Below are positions 36,820 through 49,780 of a stretch of 64,000 bases of DNA, one piece after another. The notes under the pieces are model-generated. The model was not told the origin of the DNA. It did not search any database and saw only the letters and a program-made list of their open reading frames with translations. Positions within the stretch are counted from its first letter, which is position 1, and the number at the start of each line of letters is the position of its first letter. This DNA comes from Carcharhinus longimanus (Eukaryota). The stretch lies in assembly GCA_030264375.1 (NCBI GenBank), contig JASCQW010000099.1, forward strand, positions 67,100,792-67,164,791, given 5' to 3'. Position numbers and translations under genes: made by a program.

Positions 36820-37150
36820 TTCATTACAAGAGGATTTGAATACAGGAGCAAAAATGTCTTACTGCAGCTGTACAGGGCTGTATAGGGTTGAGACCACACC
36901 TGAAGTGTGCAGTTTTGGTCTCCTTACTGAGAAAGTGCAATGGCAGGATTGTTGTATGAGGAGAGATTGATTCAGCCAAGCCTGTATTCACTGGAGTTTA
37001 GAAGAATGAAAGGGGATCTCATTGACATGTTTACAAGGGGAGAGGAGCATGGCATTGAGATATCAGATCAACCATGATCACATTGAATACTGGAGCAAGC
37101 TTGATGGATTGAATGATCTACTCCTGCTTCTATTTTCTATGTTTCCATGT
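36820..37150 (+). mobile_element. CR1 3' fragment inside the putative LTR
   Basis: GTGCAGTTTTGGTCTCC and the tail CTACTCCTGCTTCTATTTTCTATGTTTCCATG. Confidence 0.7.
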
Positions 37151-39439
37151 AGCATGATCTAAGACAGATCACCATATCACATCTGTACTTAATTTTGCTG
37201 CCATGCTGCATACTATGTAATATTTAAGGAATCACTGCTGCACATCATGTTATGTGTGTTAGTGGCATAAAGACAGCAATTGCTCATAAGGGATTGCACA
37301 AACATGCTGTGGATCCATTTATTAAGATCAGACACATGTAAACATGCATTGGAGGTTTGGGACATCAGGTGCAGTGCTGTGTTACATTCCAGGCCAAAAT
37401 GGAACTGAGATTAGAACCTGACACACTTCCCTGAAGTTGATGGCATTCGTTAAAGACATATTGCAAAGGAAATAGTTTCTCACAGATTCTGGCTCTTCCA
37501 TACTTCCTGTTGCTCCAATCAAATTCTGGATTATTCACTTGCTATCAGCAAGCCACTTGGGCTGCAATTGTTCAGCTCTGTTTGGACCACAAGAAATTGT
37601 AGTTTTAAGATAATGTGTACAGGAGTGATTTTTTTGGAATTTTAAGCCACCATTTTGATATTTCACAGGTAATTTATGAAGTTTCAAAAACAAAACCACC
37701 TGCCACCCATCCCCATATATCTCAAACAATGGTTCCTAATGCAATTCTAAACCTGAGATTACCCGAGGATAGACTGAGGGAATTGTTTAACCAGCTATAT
37801 GAAGACCTAATAAATACTGATCTATGTCTTGAGGTGAAAGTGGCAGTACAATTTGTTTGTAGCTGACTTGTTCCAATGTACAGCACACAATCTGAGCAGC
37901 ATAAACCAATTCTTTGCTACAAAAGCCAGATCACAAACACTAGTTTTAATAATGGAAGGGATCAGCTTAACAGCTTTACACTTTAACATGACAGAAAAAC
38001 ATATGAGAGAGTGCATTTCAAATATAACAGCAATAGTGCTTGGAGGATAGCTTGAAAGATTGGAGTTTAAAAACAGTAATCTTTTTGTTGACCTGTTTGC
38101 TTTTGAATTTAAAATGGTCAACTTCTGAAAAGAATTTGACGATGTAACATGTTAGTGTTCACTACTTAAGCAATTATCCAGAACATGGTTGATTGATCTA
38201 ACTGCGCATAATCATTCAGGCTTATTACACTTTGGGTGGACATGTCTGCTGCGATTAACACTGATTACTTGCATTAACAAGTATGAAATATTTTGCCTGC
38301 ATTGAACGTGCACTGAAAAATAAAGAATTTGTATACTTTAGTGAATAAATGACTCGATACATGCAGTGAAAATCTGCAAACTTAAACGAGACATGGTACG
38401 AAGTGGAATCTTTCATGTTAATGACAAAATTTGGTTCTGAAAATTGTGCAAGAACAATGCACATTTAACTAATTGCAATCCAGGAATTTTCTTTGCATGT
38501 CTATGTATTCTTTGATTTCTTCACATGTTTAGACCATTTCCCATTAGGGGAAAAATGCACAGCCTTCCTTATCAACATTCATTTCACAGGGTGATGTTTG
38601 AAAGGATAGCCTATTTTTCTATTTGATGCACGTTTTGTGACTGAGCCAAATTGACAATGATTTATTGTACTGTTAGAGTGCATTAGGTATTCCTTAACAC
38701 TGGACTGCATAGCCAAATAATGGAAAAATGTTGATAAAAATGCCTCAAGTTGCTTTGAATTAAATTAGACTTAATGGAAATGGCTGCGCTGAAAAAGTTA
38801 AGTTTAAATTAAACTTGATATTTTTCTTTAATTTGTTCAGCAAAATTTCATGGACATTGTGAACTTTAATTATAGCATCTTTCCTTTTGTTTACATTTGT
38901 AATGAGTGCCAGAACAGCTAGAATTTGTATGGTTCTGCTCCCATAAAGCATCAGCTCAGAAGTATTTGATTGGAAGAAGACTGTCAGAGCAAAGACAGGA
39001 AATCAAAAAGGGGACTAAAAGTATAACAGAAGAGAGATTTTTTAAAAGCATTTTGCAGAAGGAAGAAGCTCGGATTGTGAGTGTTTAGCATTTGTGAGAT
39101 TGAACAGTCAAAGTTTTAAATGTTGGTATAAAGAGGACCCCAATTTCTATTTTAGATAGGAACTTATCTGAGCCCACTGTTAAGTATGGCTGTTAAAGTT
39201 CAAGAAGGGGTTTTGAGTGGTGCATATAAGTAATTGCTGTGTGCAAGATCCCAAGTTACAGATGGCCTTAACCAGAGCACAATGTGAAAACCTATTGATC
39301 AATGTGTTGCTTTAAGGGAGTGAGATGTGCAGGGAACCAGGATGATAAAGGAAGCAAAAGAGAGACTATCTAGTGTATTACGTTGTGAGCCCTGGTGATG
39401 TGTTTGAACATTTCCCAGCAATATTCTATAGTATAATAT

Positions 39440-39625
39440 TCGTTAAACATTTTTAAGGCAGAAATGGATAGGTTCTTGATTGGCAAATGGGTGAAAGGTT
39501 ATTGGGGGTAAGCGGAAATGTGAAGCTGTGGTTACAGTCAGATTAGCTATGATTTTACTGAATGGTGAAGAAGGCTTGAGGAAATGAGTGGTCTCCTCCT
39601 GCTCCAAGTATGAACATTTGTATGT
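39440..39625 (+). mobile_element. CR1 3' UTR fragment
   Basis: TTTTAAGGCAGAAATGGATAGGTTCTTG...GAATGGTGAAGAAGGCTTGAGG. Confidence 0.65.
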
Positions 39626-39639
39626 AAGTAGTCATAGTT

Positions 39640-40630
39640 CTAGTGCAGCTTCTTTCCAGTTGGCACAGGTTACCTATTTGGATGTTTTGATGGATCCCAC
39701 AGCCAGGCGTCTCTTCTTTTGATTTTATTGAGGTGAGGTCTGCATCAATGAATCTGTGTTCTACTGTGGTTGTGCTATTCCATTCCGCTCCCTGAGCCCA
39801 GATGGTGTCTATACAGAGATAATTCAGGATAATAAAAATATTGTGAAGACCTGGTGAAACTACAACCAGGACTACTTGTATACTAAGCAGAAGAAGCAAC
39901 ATGCAATAAACATAGCTTAAGTGATCTCACAACCAGTGGATCACTTCAAAGCTTTGCAGACTTACTACATCCATTCATGAATAGTCTTGAATAACTAAAC
40001 AATTAACCAGAGAAGGAAGCTTTACAAACATCTGCAATCACAATGATGGAGTGCAAAACACAAGCCTGAAGCATTTGCAACCATCTTCAGCCTGAAGTAG
40101 CAAATGGACAATCTATTTTTGCCTTCTCCTAAGGTCCCCAGCAGCATTGAATGCTGTAAAGCCATGGGCCCTTACAACAGTGTGGCTTTAGTATAAAGTG
40201 CACCAATATAGCACTTGCATCTATCCAACAATATGGGAAATACCCCAGCTATGTCCTGTCCACAAAAAAGTGGGATAAATCCAATCCAGGCTAATTATTG
40301 CTCCATCTATGCCTCAATCATCAGCAAATTGATGGAAGGTTCACCTACAGTGTTATCAAGCAGCACTTGAAGAGCAATAGCCTGCTTTCTGATGCTCAAT
40401 CTGGGTTTCACTAGGTACACTCAGCTCCATGTCTGCACCCTTAGAACCTTGCTCATGGACAAAATAACTGAATTTCAGAGGTGAGGTGTGAGCAACTGCC
40501 CTTGATATCTTGATGCCAAGAAAGCATTTGTGTAGTATCAAGCAGTATTAAAGTAGAAGTCAATGGAAATCATGGGGAAACATTTCTACTGCTTGGAGTC
40601 ATGCCTAGCTTAAAGGAAGATGGCTATGGT
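39640..40630 (+). mobile_element. Degraded CR1/L2-group LINE fragment
   Basis: Collinear with 23800-24540 and with the reverse complement of 54250-54950. Confidence 0.65.
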
Positions 40631-41047
40631 TTTAGGAGCAGGGTGACCAAGTCTGGTGGAATGAAAATAAGGGACACTTCACTGAAACAAAGAGTGTTGG
40701 GGTTGTTAGTGAGACCAGATGAGTGGGGGGAATGGGATGTGCTGATAAGACTGGTGAAGCAGGAAGGGTGCGTACTGACAAGACCCGAGGATGGAGGTTT
40801 AGGCCCATGAGGTTTGTTGGAGAAACCTGAACAGCAGGGGTAGCTGGTGAGATTTGTGGAACGATCAAACCAAACTTTGGAGCTTGCTCTGTTTCTGCCC
40901 ACCCTGCCCCAAGTTGGGTCTAGCATTGTTACCTATCTGACACCACCCCCCACCCACTGACTGCAATCTCGCAGTTTGGAATCCTGCAACCCAAAACCCA
41001 ATCCCCAACCTGTCAAGCTGGGAGGTCAACCTGTCAAGCTGGGAGGT

Positions 41048-42168
41048 CCATTCAAAAGTCTGACGGCAGCAGGGAAGAAGCTGTTCTTGAGTCGGTTCGT
41101 ATATGACTTCAGACTTTTGTATCTTTTTCCCGACGGAAAAAGGTGTAAGAGAGAATGTACGGGGTTGCATGGGGTCCTTAATTATGCTGGCTGCTTTTCC
41201 AGGGCAGCGGGAAGTGTAGACAGAATCGGTGGATTATTGTGTGATGGATTGGGGTTCCTTCATGATCTTTTATAGTTCCTTGCGGTCTTGGGCAGAGCAG
41301 GAGCCATACAAAGCTATGATACAACCAGAAAGAATGCTTTCTATGGTGCATCTGTAAAAGTTGGTGAGAGTTGTAACTGACATGCCAGATTTCCTTAGTC
41401 TGCTGAGAAAATAGAGGCTTAGATGGGCTTTCTTAACTATTGTGTCGGCATGGAGGAACCATGACTGATTGTTGGTGATCTGGACACCTAAAAACTTGAA
41501 GCTTTCAACTCTTTCTACTTCATCCCCATTTGATGTTGATAGGGGCATGCCCTCCATAATGCTTCCTGAGGTCGATGACAATCTCCTTCGTTTGGTTGAC
41601 ATTGAGGGATAGATTATTGTTGCCGCACCAGTTCACCAAATTTTCTATCTAATTCCTGTACTCTGCCTCGTCATTGTTTGTTTGAGATCTGTCCCACTAC
41701 AGTGGTGTCGCCAGCAAACTTGAAAATTGAATTGGTGGGGAATTTGGCCATACAGTCATAGATGTATGAGGAGTATGGTGGGGAGCTGAGAACACAGCTT
41801 TGTGGGGCACCGGTGTTGAGAATGATCATGGAGGAGGTGTTGTTGCCTATCCTTACTGATTGTGGTCTATGAATTAGGAAGTTCAGGATCCAGTTGCAGA
41901 GGGAGGAACTGAGGCCCAGGCCACAGAGTTTGGAGATCAGTTTCATGGGAATACTGGCGTTGAAGGCTGAGCTATAGTCAATAAATAGGAGTCTGACATA
42001 GGTCTTTGTTATCTAGGTGTTCCAGGGTTGAGTGTAGGGGCAGGGAGATGGTGTGGACCTGTTGTGGTGATAGGTGAACAGTAGTGGATCCAAGTAATCT
42101 GGAAAGCTGGAATTGATTTGTGCCTGTTTAACCTTTTGAAGCACTTCATCGTGATGGATGTCAGAGCT
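41048..42168 (-). mobile_element. Rex1/Babar LINE fragment
   Basis: ORFs 41270-41602 and 41671-41946 contain [32 protein letters not shown] and FYRCTIESILSGCI. Confidence 0.9.
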
Positions 42169-42957
42169 TATAATTTCCTAGTCATTGGCTTCTGAGGGTG
42201 TCATTAGTCATTTTGATGAACCTCATCCAAGTAGCTATTATCTTGGTGGACTCTTGGGATTTTCCTAAAAAAATTATAAGTTCCCAACATGCGGGAAAAT
42301 GGAAGTAAATCCCACTGTTTTTTTCAGTGTGATTTCCAGAATGAATCAGCAACACTGTGCATCACAGAGCACCTGAGTAGGATTCACTCCAAAAAATTTG
42401 GGGGTGGGGCCTATTCCCATTCGAGAGGCTGGCAGCATAGCACTGAATGGGCCACTGCGCATGCCCGATCCATCAGTGCCAAGATCGGCGCATGCACAGT
42501 GGCACCCCATTGTAGGCCTCCCAATTGCTGGCCAGCCTAATTGCTGGTCTCCACTGAAGAGGTAAGATCATAAAGATGCAAATGACATGTCCATTTCTTT
42601 CTATGGTCCTCTTGGAAGTGGACCTTGATGCCCCCAGGTGTGATATTCCATAAGCATCAGGACATGTCTGCAGTGCAACCTGTATAGCAATTTGATGGTT
42701 AACTTACATTTCCAGATACTTGGTGACTTGTAGCAGCCATCTTTAGCTGGCACATTTTGCTTTACCTTAAATAGTTCAATATGCTTTTGATTAGCTGGTG
42801 AGATTTTTGGTTAATATCACTCAGTTATAATTTCCTGTCATCATGATATAATCCATAGAAGTCCTATATCTTGTTTTGATACAGAAGTTGATTCCCTTTT
42901 GAGAAGCCATGCCAAATCCTCCAAAGAGGATTACCTCGCTTTGTAATCTGTTAATAG

Positions 42958-43690
42958 TGTTTGGGAAGATGTTAACTGTTTTTCATTAATTTTGAGAGGT
43001 TCATTAACAGAAAGACCTGACACTCACATTTAAGTGAATGATTAACAAGTTATTTATTTAACCAACTGAGAACTTTAACTAAACAAGTAATATCTCAAGA
43101 AAAGTAAGGTTCTATTGGAACGCTATTCAAATAAATACAAGGACCATTCATTACCAAAAAAAATTTAGTAACTCTCAAAAATATACAAACAGGTTTTGTG
43201 GCTTTGGAAACATCTTTGGAGTTATTCTGGTGATTTCGCTATCTTTCTGATTTCGTACTCTTTTGTTAGATACACGGAGAGTTCCCTTAAGAGATTTTTG
43301 TTTGCTGGCAGGGAACTGCTCTTTCCTCTCTAGGTGTTGAGAGGTGATAGCCCTTCAGTTGAACTAACTGAACTGCAGTCAGGTTGTTGAGTTTCTCTTT
43401 ATAATTCTGATGACTTATCAATTTTTCTACACCATGATTGGTCTGATATTGTCAAAAACAACAAATTCAAATTTGATAGATTCTTTATAGCTGAGTGCCT
43501 TCTTTAAACTGATAGGCTGTCAAAATTCAACAACCTGCTAAGCTGTTACCAGGGCAATCCTGATGCTTGGTCCTTGTTGCAAATATTGCAATCTGTGTAC
43601 TCTGTAGCCATCTGCATTTTAAACATCCAAGCACAGAACACAAAACCAACTTTTAAAGGGACCACACTTCACAAACTCAACTTCACAACA
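42958..43690. mobile_element. Solo LTR related to 24578-25435
   Basis: Shares the internal blocks AAATTCAAAT(C/T)TGATAG and TGTTACCA..GCAATCCTG and the AACTTCACAACA end. Confidence 0.6.
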
Positions 43691-44371
43691 ATCTTCATTG
43701 GTGAAAAGGATAAAAATGATTAGTTTAAGCTATAAATAACTAGAATAAACAAGGAGACATTTCTCAAGTATTTACAAAAGCAATTAATGCTTGAATTAAG
43801 ACAATTTTCAGAAGATGGGTAGTGGATTAGCTACTAGACTGTAATCCAACCTTGGGGTAAAAATAGTTTGTACCAATTTTCAGATTGCAATTTGTGATCT
43901 GCCCACACCTGGTCCCGTTGAGGCAGGCAGCAGGGACATTTTGTGCTGCCTCCTCTTTTGCCTGGTTGTAGCGTGATCCATACTCCAGGGGCCTAATAAC
44001 ATGAGAGACAAGTAAGTGTCCAGCTAGCCTCCAGTGTCTAATTGTCCTTCTTAAAGGGGAGCTGCGCTGGATGAACAGAGGTTACCAGTGCTGCATTTGG
44101 TATCAAGTGAGCATAAAGGCAGAAGGAGGATGACCAGGTTCATGGATATGCCTTAGACATGGAAACCAGTAAGAAAAAAGAGGCTATCTCTCTGCAAAGA
44201 CCAGGAGGCCATCAAGCAATGTCTTCCACAGAGTGGGAGCAGGTGGCCAGGGTACAAAGTGTCAGGCTCTGAGGACCTGATAACAGTGTCAGAGAAAGTT
44301 CTACGATCTCATACAGGTAGTCAATGTCAGTGAATGCATTTCCTACCCACCATAAGCTTCCCACACTGCTC

Positions 44372-44652
44372 AAAGAACAAAGAACAAAGAACAACACAGC
44401 ACGGGAAACAGGCCCTTCGGCCCAACGAGCCCGCGCCGCCATTTTAACANNNNNNNNNNNNNNNNNNNNNNNNNNNNNNNNNNNNNNNNNNNNNNNNNNN
44501 NNNNNNNNNNNNNNNNNNNNNNNNNNNNNNNNNNNNNNNNNNNNNNNNNTGTTGCAGCAGGAGGCAAACTGTAGTGGATCCAGGTATTCAAAGAGGCTGG
44601 AATTGATTCGTTTCATGACTAGCCTTTCAAAGCACTTCATAATGATGGATGA
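44372..44652 (-). mobile_element. CR1 tail (44372-44449), gap, and Rex1 fragment (44550-44652)
   Basis: (AAAGAAC)n tail; MKCFERLVMKRINS...LDPLQFA is the Rex1 RT motif. Confidence 0.75.
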
Positions 44653-44769
44653 CAGAGGGGGGGACACCAATCTCCCGCATAATCGGAGATCGGGCATTTG
44701 CACTGGCTCCCTCAGCAGCCTGCTGGTGGGCTCTCATTGGGATTGGACAAAGCTTACCCAAAGAATGGA

Positions 44770-45170
44770 TGGGTTATACTCCCGTGCTTTAGAGAGGCTG
44801 CAGAAAAGATTTACTAGAATCATTGCTGGTGTGAGGGATTTCAGTTACAATAATGGATTGAAGAAGCTGGGTTTGTTCCTCCTCAGAAAAGTAAATGATC
44901 AGAGCAGATTTGATGGGCTCAAAATCTTGAGGTGTACATCAGAGTAGATGGAGAGAAACTATTCTCATTAGTGGAAGGATCAAGAATCAGAGGACACTAA
45001 GGTAGTTGGCAAAAGAACCAAGAGAGTGGTTGGGAATACACTGAGTGTGCTGGAGAGAGATATAATCAGGAATTGGATAAGAGAAGTAGAAACAAATAGC
45101 ATGGCTATGGGGAAAGGGCAGGAAAAAGGGACTAGCTGAGTTCTTTCAGCAAACTGACATGGACACCACT
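44770..45170 (+). mobile_element. Old CR1 3' fragment
   Basis: Translates ALERLQKRFTRII...LGLF. Confidence 0.7.
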
Positions 45171-45179
45171 GATCAAGGG

Positions 45180-45990
45180 CACTATTGTCTGGAAAAAAAA
45201 ACGAAGTGACCCAACGGGTGGGATAACGAGAGTTTTACCTGCCCATATTTTGGGCAAGCTTAATTTAATGAATTTCTGGCACTTTGTGTAGCACAGAGAC
45301 TGTCAAGTGATTCATACCTGGTGGGGGGGAAGGGGGGATGGCGGAGCCTAATCCCATATGAGAGACTACCAGCAGACTGAGGAGGCCAGTGCAAATGCGT
45401 CGATCTCCCAGCACGCGGAAGATCAGCTCCCCCTGACCGCTGGACTCCTTATTGTTGACACAGATCCTCCCCCCCCCCCCCCCCAATATTGCCAGCCCCA
45501 TATCCATCACTCAATTGCCTGCCTCCACACCACCAGCCCCCCAGCACCACCAGCAGCTGCAGTCCCCATGCAGAATTTCCCCCATCCCCTCCCCTCCTAC
45601 CTACACCTCTGGCCCTGTTCCCATGACGCTGCCTGGTGCCTGGTGGGTAGTGTCAGGGTGCCCAGTGGGCAGTGACAGTGTGCCAGGCTAGCAGTGTCAG
45701 GGTCCCAGGCTGGCACTGCCAAAGGGGCACCCCTACTACACCCCACATTCTAGGGGGCCTCAATGGCCCCTGGTCCCACCAGCGAAGCCATCATCCCTGT
45801 CCCCCATTGCTGAGGACCATACGTGGTCCCCGCTGGTGTGGACCTCTACTGGGACCAGAAACATCAATGAGCCTGGACGACTGCATCCTGGCATATTAAA
45901 TAGATGCAAATCAGTATTTGCATATTGTAACCAGCCTCGCACTATTCCCTGGCACGAGGCTGATTACGCAGAAAAAACGGCCCAGAAAGA
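45180..45990. mobile_element. GC-rich MITE; 45345-45410 has an inverted homolog at about 44685-44745
   Basis: C-run-rich interior; GAGGCCAGTGCAAATGC versus GCATTTGCACTGGCTC. Confidence 0.5.
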
Positions 45991-46249
45991 TGCTAGGCAC
46001 GTTTTCCATTTTTGACCACCTACTGCCATGTCCCGATCCAATTGTGCTCCTACCAATCTATACTCGGCAATGCACATTTTTGAGGACATTGTTTTGTTTG
46101 TCAATGTTGCGCAAATTATACTTAAATTCTACATTGGATTAAATTATTTTATATCTGTTTATACTATGTTTGTTATACTTTGTTATAAAAAAATGCAAGA
46201 AGTGCTGGTAGACTCTTTCATTTTGGTAATAATTTCTCCTTATGTTTAG

Positions 46250-46325
46250 GCTTCCATCGAAGTTACAGCACCCCATCTGCTCTTCCATCACCAAGAGAGA
46301 TTAAAAGAAAGAATGCTTCAAGCAG
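46250..46325 (+). CDS. CLIP4: CLIP4 internal coding exon, (G)FHRSYSTPSALPSPREIKRKNASS(R/S)
   Basis: Acceptor tttctccttatgtttag|G and donor AG|gtaac; 76 nt, phase 1 to phase 2, in frame. Resembles human CLIP4 FRRSFSTTSASSQKEINRRNAFS as recalled. Confidence 0.87.
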
Positions 46326-46605
46326 GTAACATTCAATGTTGAAAATTTCTTAATAACATAACATTCAACATCAATGTGGAAAGCTTTCCTTTCCATTCTT
46401 TTCAAATATTGTTGATTGTTCTCTTAGGCAGCAGATTTTAACAAAAATATTGAATGTATTTTTGATGTATGATATAACTTTCTAATGGATTACTAATTGG
46501 CTGGCGATTGTGATCCTAGGATAATTAACTGGTTTTCACATTAAAATTGCAATGCATGTGCGTTACTGCAGTGGTGCAGTGTTGGGCTCGGAAGTGACCG
46601 TAATA

Positions 46606-46900
46606 TCAGTGTTCTGACCTCAGAATGGAAAACCTGCCCAAATTTCTGAAAAATGCAAGAAATTGGTCTGAATTGCAACATGATAGAACCTTTCCTGCAG
46701 CTTCTGGCACATTCATAACATGTCCAGACCAATGTCCTCCTCCATTATTGGATGTCTCATGAGCCATCAGGCTTTCTAGAGCACCAGCATCAGTGGTGTT
46801 ACGGAGCCTAATTTCACGGTCATCATCTTCTGAAACATTCATTTTCCTCAACTTGTGCATATAAAAGCTGTCTTTGAACATCTTCAGATAAGTGATTTCT
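46606..46900 (-). mobile_element. Ancient LINE (RTE/L2-like) RT C-terminal remnant
   Basis: LRKMNVS...WSGHVMNVPE...KVL resembles the LINE pattern LRKILxISW...RWxGHVxRMP...K. Confidence 0.4.
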
Positions 46901-48589
46901 TTCCACTAGGCAGCAAAAGGATCACGATGTCAGTGTTTAATTGCGTAGTGATTGTCCTTTTAATGATCAATGACCCAGGGAACCATTTGGACAGCAGGGT
47001 TTGGGATCACCCTGGTAGCATGTGCTTTTGTAGAGTCATCTTGGGAGCTGACTGCAACCATGAGGCTGCAAGCCTCTGTGTAGTTTTAACCTGTAAATAA
47101 ATAAGTTGTGCTTTCCCCAAACTGCTAGTTGATTCATAGGCTGGATTTGACAATATTCAAGAATGTGCTACCATGTCAAATCCATCAGCAGAGCAGTTTG
47201 TGTGTGGATTACCATTTTAATTTTTGTNNNNNNNNNNNNNNNNNNNNNNNNNNNNNNNNNNNNNNNNNNNNNNNAATCCTATTGAAAAAATAGGAATACA
47301 TTAGTGCAACATAAATAATAATGCAGTGTTTTATGGCTAGGTCAGGCAAAGTTAGCCTTTTCCACATCTCCTTTGCTGAAAATTTTGTGGCATATCTGGC
47401 TTTCACAGTAGAATAAAATGAATCCTAGAAGTGTATGTAATCTAATCACATTTGAGTAAGACAAAAAATCAACCCTTATATTTAATTTCAGTTTTGAATG
47501 GCAGGGTTTGTTTCTAAGGGTAACAGTTTTTAAGCTATTCAACTTTAAGCACTGGGAATAACAGGTATACTTTTGCAACGCCTGCACTACAAATTTGCAA
47601 AATGTTCTCTGTTAATTCTTTTAAAACGATATATACAGCTACCATCTGCTATCAAAGGCAAAGCAGAGAGAAGGAAGGCATGCAGTAGATTGAAGTTGAT
47701 AGCAAGAGATGTGGGTGGAGCATGGAGCTTGAGGGGTATTTCAGGATATGGAAAATAAAGCATTTAAAGTGATTTTACGACATGGGACTGAATTTTTAAC
47801 CCTCTAAGAATGGGTGTGTTGGGGCTGGGTGAGATTTTAAAACTTTAAAAACCTTAAATTCAATCCCAGACCTCCCATTGGTTTTAATGGATGTGGAGTG
47901 AGGGGCAGGCAACCAATGTGGTCCCAGGAGGCCAATTAAATATTTTAGTGAGGCTGGCAGCCTCTGATATATTGAGCTTTGCAGGTTTAACTGAAATGGG
48001 GCAAAGTCATGTAGCTTTGTAAAAGGTAAGATTTTCTCCCTATAATCTGAAGCCACCCTACCCCCACCACCTCCATACACCCGCCTCATTGAGCACCATG
48101 ACTGCCAAATGCCCCCGTCCTCCCTCTCAAACCCAGGTGTCAGGGATTTATCCACATGCAATCCTGAGCGTAATGGATCAGGACACCTCCTGCTCCCTAT
48201 TATTTTTCTTCATTACTGTATCTTTCCTTATATTAAATTGATAAAGTTCCTCCCTAGATGACTAAAGGGATACAGAGGAAGGTAGATTTTGGAGATGCTT
48301 CAGACAGTGGGAAAGAAGTTAACAGTAACTGAATGATGGATGAACAAAATATAATGCAGCAAAAGAATGTTGAAGTTTGTGTGGGAAGAAGCTTGGGAAG
48401 TCAGTTAGCACTGAAGTGCAGATGCCAAATGCATGGCTGTGAGTTGGTGGGACTGAGGAAAGGTGGGAGAAATTTCAATAATGATGCTATGCATTCTTGG
48501 CAATAGGAAGGCTATTGGATTCAAATTTCAACTTAGTTGAACAAATCTTTGAGGTCACAGTTTTAGTGCTCACACTTATTCAATATAAG

Positions 48590-49780
48590 ATCAAAAGATC
48601 ATATGAATAAGGAGCAGAAGTTGGCCATTTGGCCAAGTAGCTTGGTCTGTATTCAATCAGATCATGGTTGGTTTGATATCATTAACTCCACTTCCCTGCC
48701 ATTCTTTTTGGCAAAACAATTAAACTAAATTGAACAAACTGAAGGACAAAGCAAGAAGGGAGCCCTTTGAAGTGGAACTGCCTGAAACAAAAACAAAGCA
48801 GAAATGAAACTTAAAACATCAAGTCAATGGGTGATTAAAAGGGTCAATGGTACACTCCACCCCTGCAGTGCCCAACAGGTACGGAAGGCCTCAATGGTGC
48901 CTATGGATACCACAGGCTTTCTGTCCAGGTTCACTCTACTTCCCTGCCTGCTCCTATAATTCTTGACCTTTTGCAGATTAATAATCCATCTAATTTAGCC
49001 TTGAATGACTCAGACTCCACTGTTCTCTGAGGAAAGAAAATTGCAAAGACTAATTACTGGCCCTCTAAAAGAAGATATTCCTCTTCATTCCTATCTTAAA
49101 TTGGAGACTCCTTATTTTTAAATTGCACCCCCTAGTTTGAGACTCTCGCACGAAGGGAAATACCCTCTCGGTAACTATTTCCCAACCCCCCAAAGCCCCT
49201 TCAGATTAAGAACATAAGAAATAGGAGCAGGAGTAGGCCATCTACCCCTTCGAGCCTGCCCCGCCATTCAATAAGATCANNNNNNNNNNNNNNNNNNNNN
49301 NNNNNNNNNNNNNNNNNNNNNNNNNNNNNNNNNNNNNNNNNNNNNNNNNNNNNNNNNNNNNNNNNNNNNNNNNNNNNNNCTATTAGACAACCAATCCTCT
49401 ATCCACGCTAACACCTTACCCCCAACTCCATGCCCCCTAACCTTCTGAAGCAACCTCTTGTGCGGCACCTTATCAAACGCCTTCTGAAAATCAAGAAACA
49501 CCACATCCCCCGGTTCCCCTCCGTTCACCACATTAGTCACATCCTCATAGAATTCCAATAAGTTTGTCAGACACGACTTCCCCTTAACGAATCCGTGCTG
49601 CATCTGCTCTATCAAACAATTCTCCTCAAGGTGCCTCGCTATTTCTTCTTCTTTGATGACGGGTCATATGCATTTCAATAAGATCACCTCCCATTCATCA
49701 ATGAGTAATAGGTACAACCTGCTCAAACTTTATTATAAGGCCATCACTTCATCCCAGTAATCAACCAAGTGCCCTCAACA
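48590..49780 (-). mobile_element. Old CR1 3' end with a younger CR1 (49208-49660) nested inside it
   Basis: The young copy has an AAGAACATAAG tail and RT sequence QHGFVKGKSCLTNLLEFYE...FLDFQKAFDKVPHKRLL. Confidence 0.85.

Larger units (their letters stand above)
32140..37386 (-). mobile_element. Decayed Gypsy LTR retrotransposon (integrase, RNase H, RT, gag, probable 5' LTR at 36730-37386)
   Basis: Minus-strand RT motifs FSTLDDKHGYWSV...TTFCTPLGWYCF and ITDDIAIVG. Integrase Zn-domain segment IHWPNMINDIE near 32405-32440; gag-like ORF 36203-36397. The TGT...ACA-bounded segment 36730-37386 is followed by TGG on the minus strand. Confidence 0.8.

Noticed and set aside
3830-46325. Calling the gene CLIP3, CLIP1/2 or another CAP-Gly gene
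   Set aside because: The GKNDGSVGGVQYF signature and both downstream linker exons fit CLIP4 as recalled; CLIP3 has GKHDG and a different linker.
46606-46881. Novel antisense protein-coding gene nested in the intron
   Set aside because: The motif WSGHVMNVP is better explained as a decayed LINE RT C-terminus, and there is no supported exon structure.
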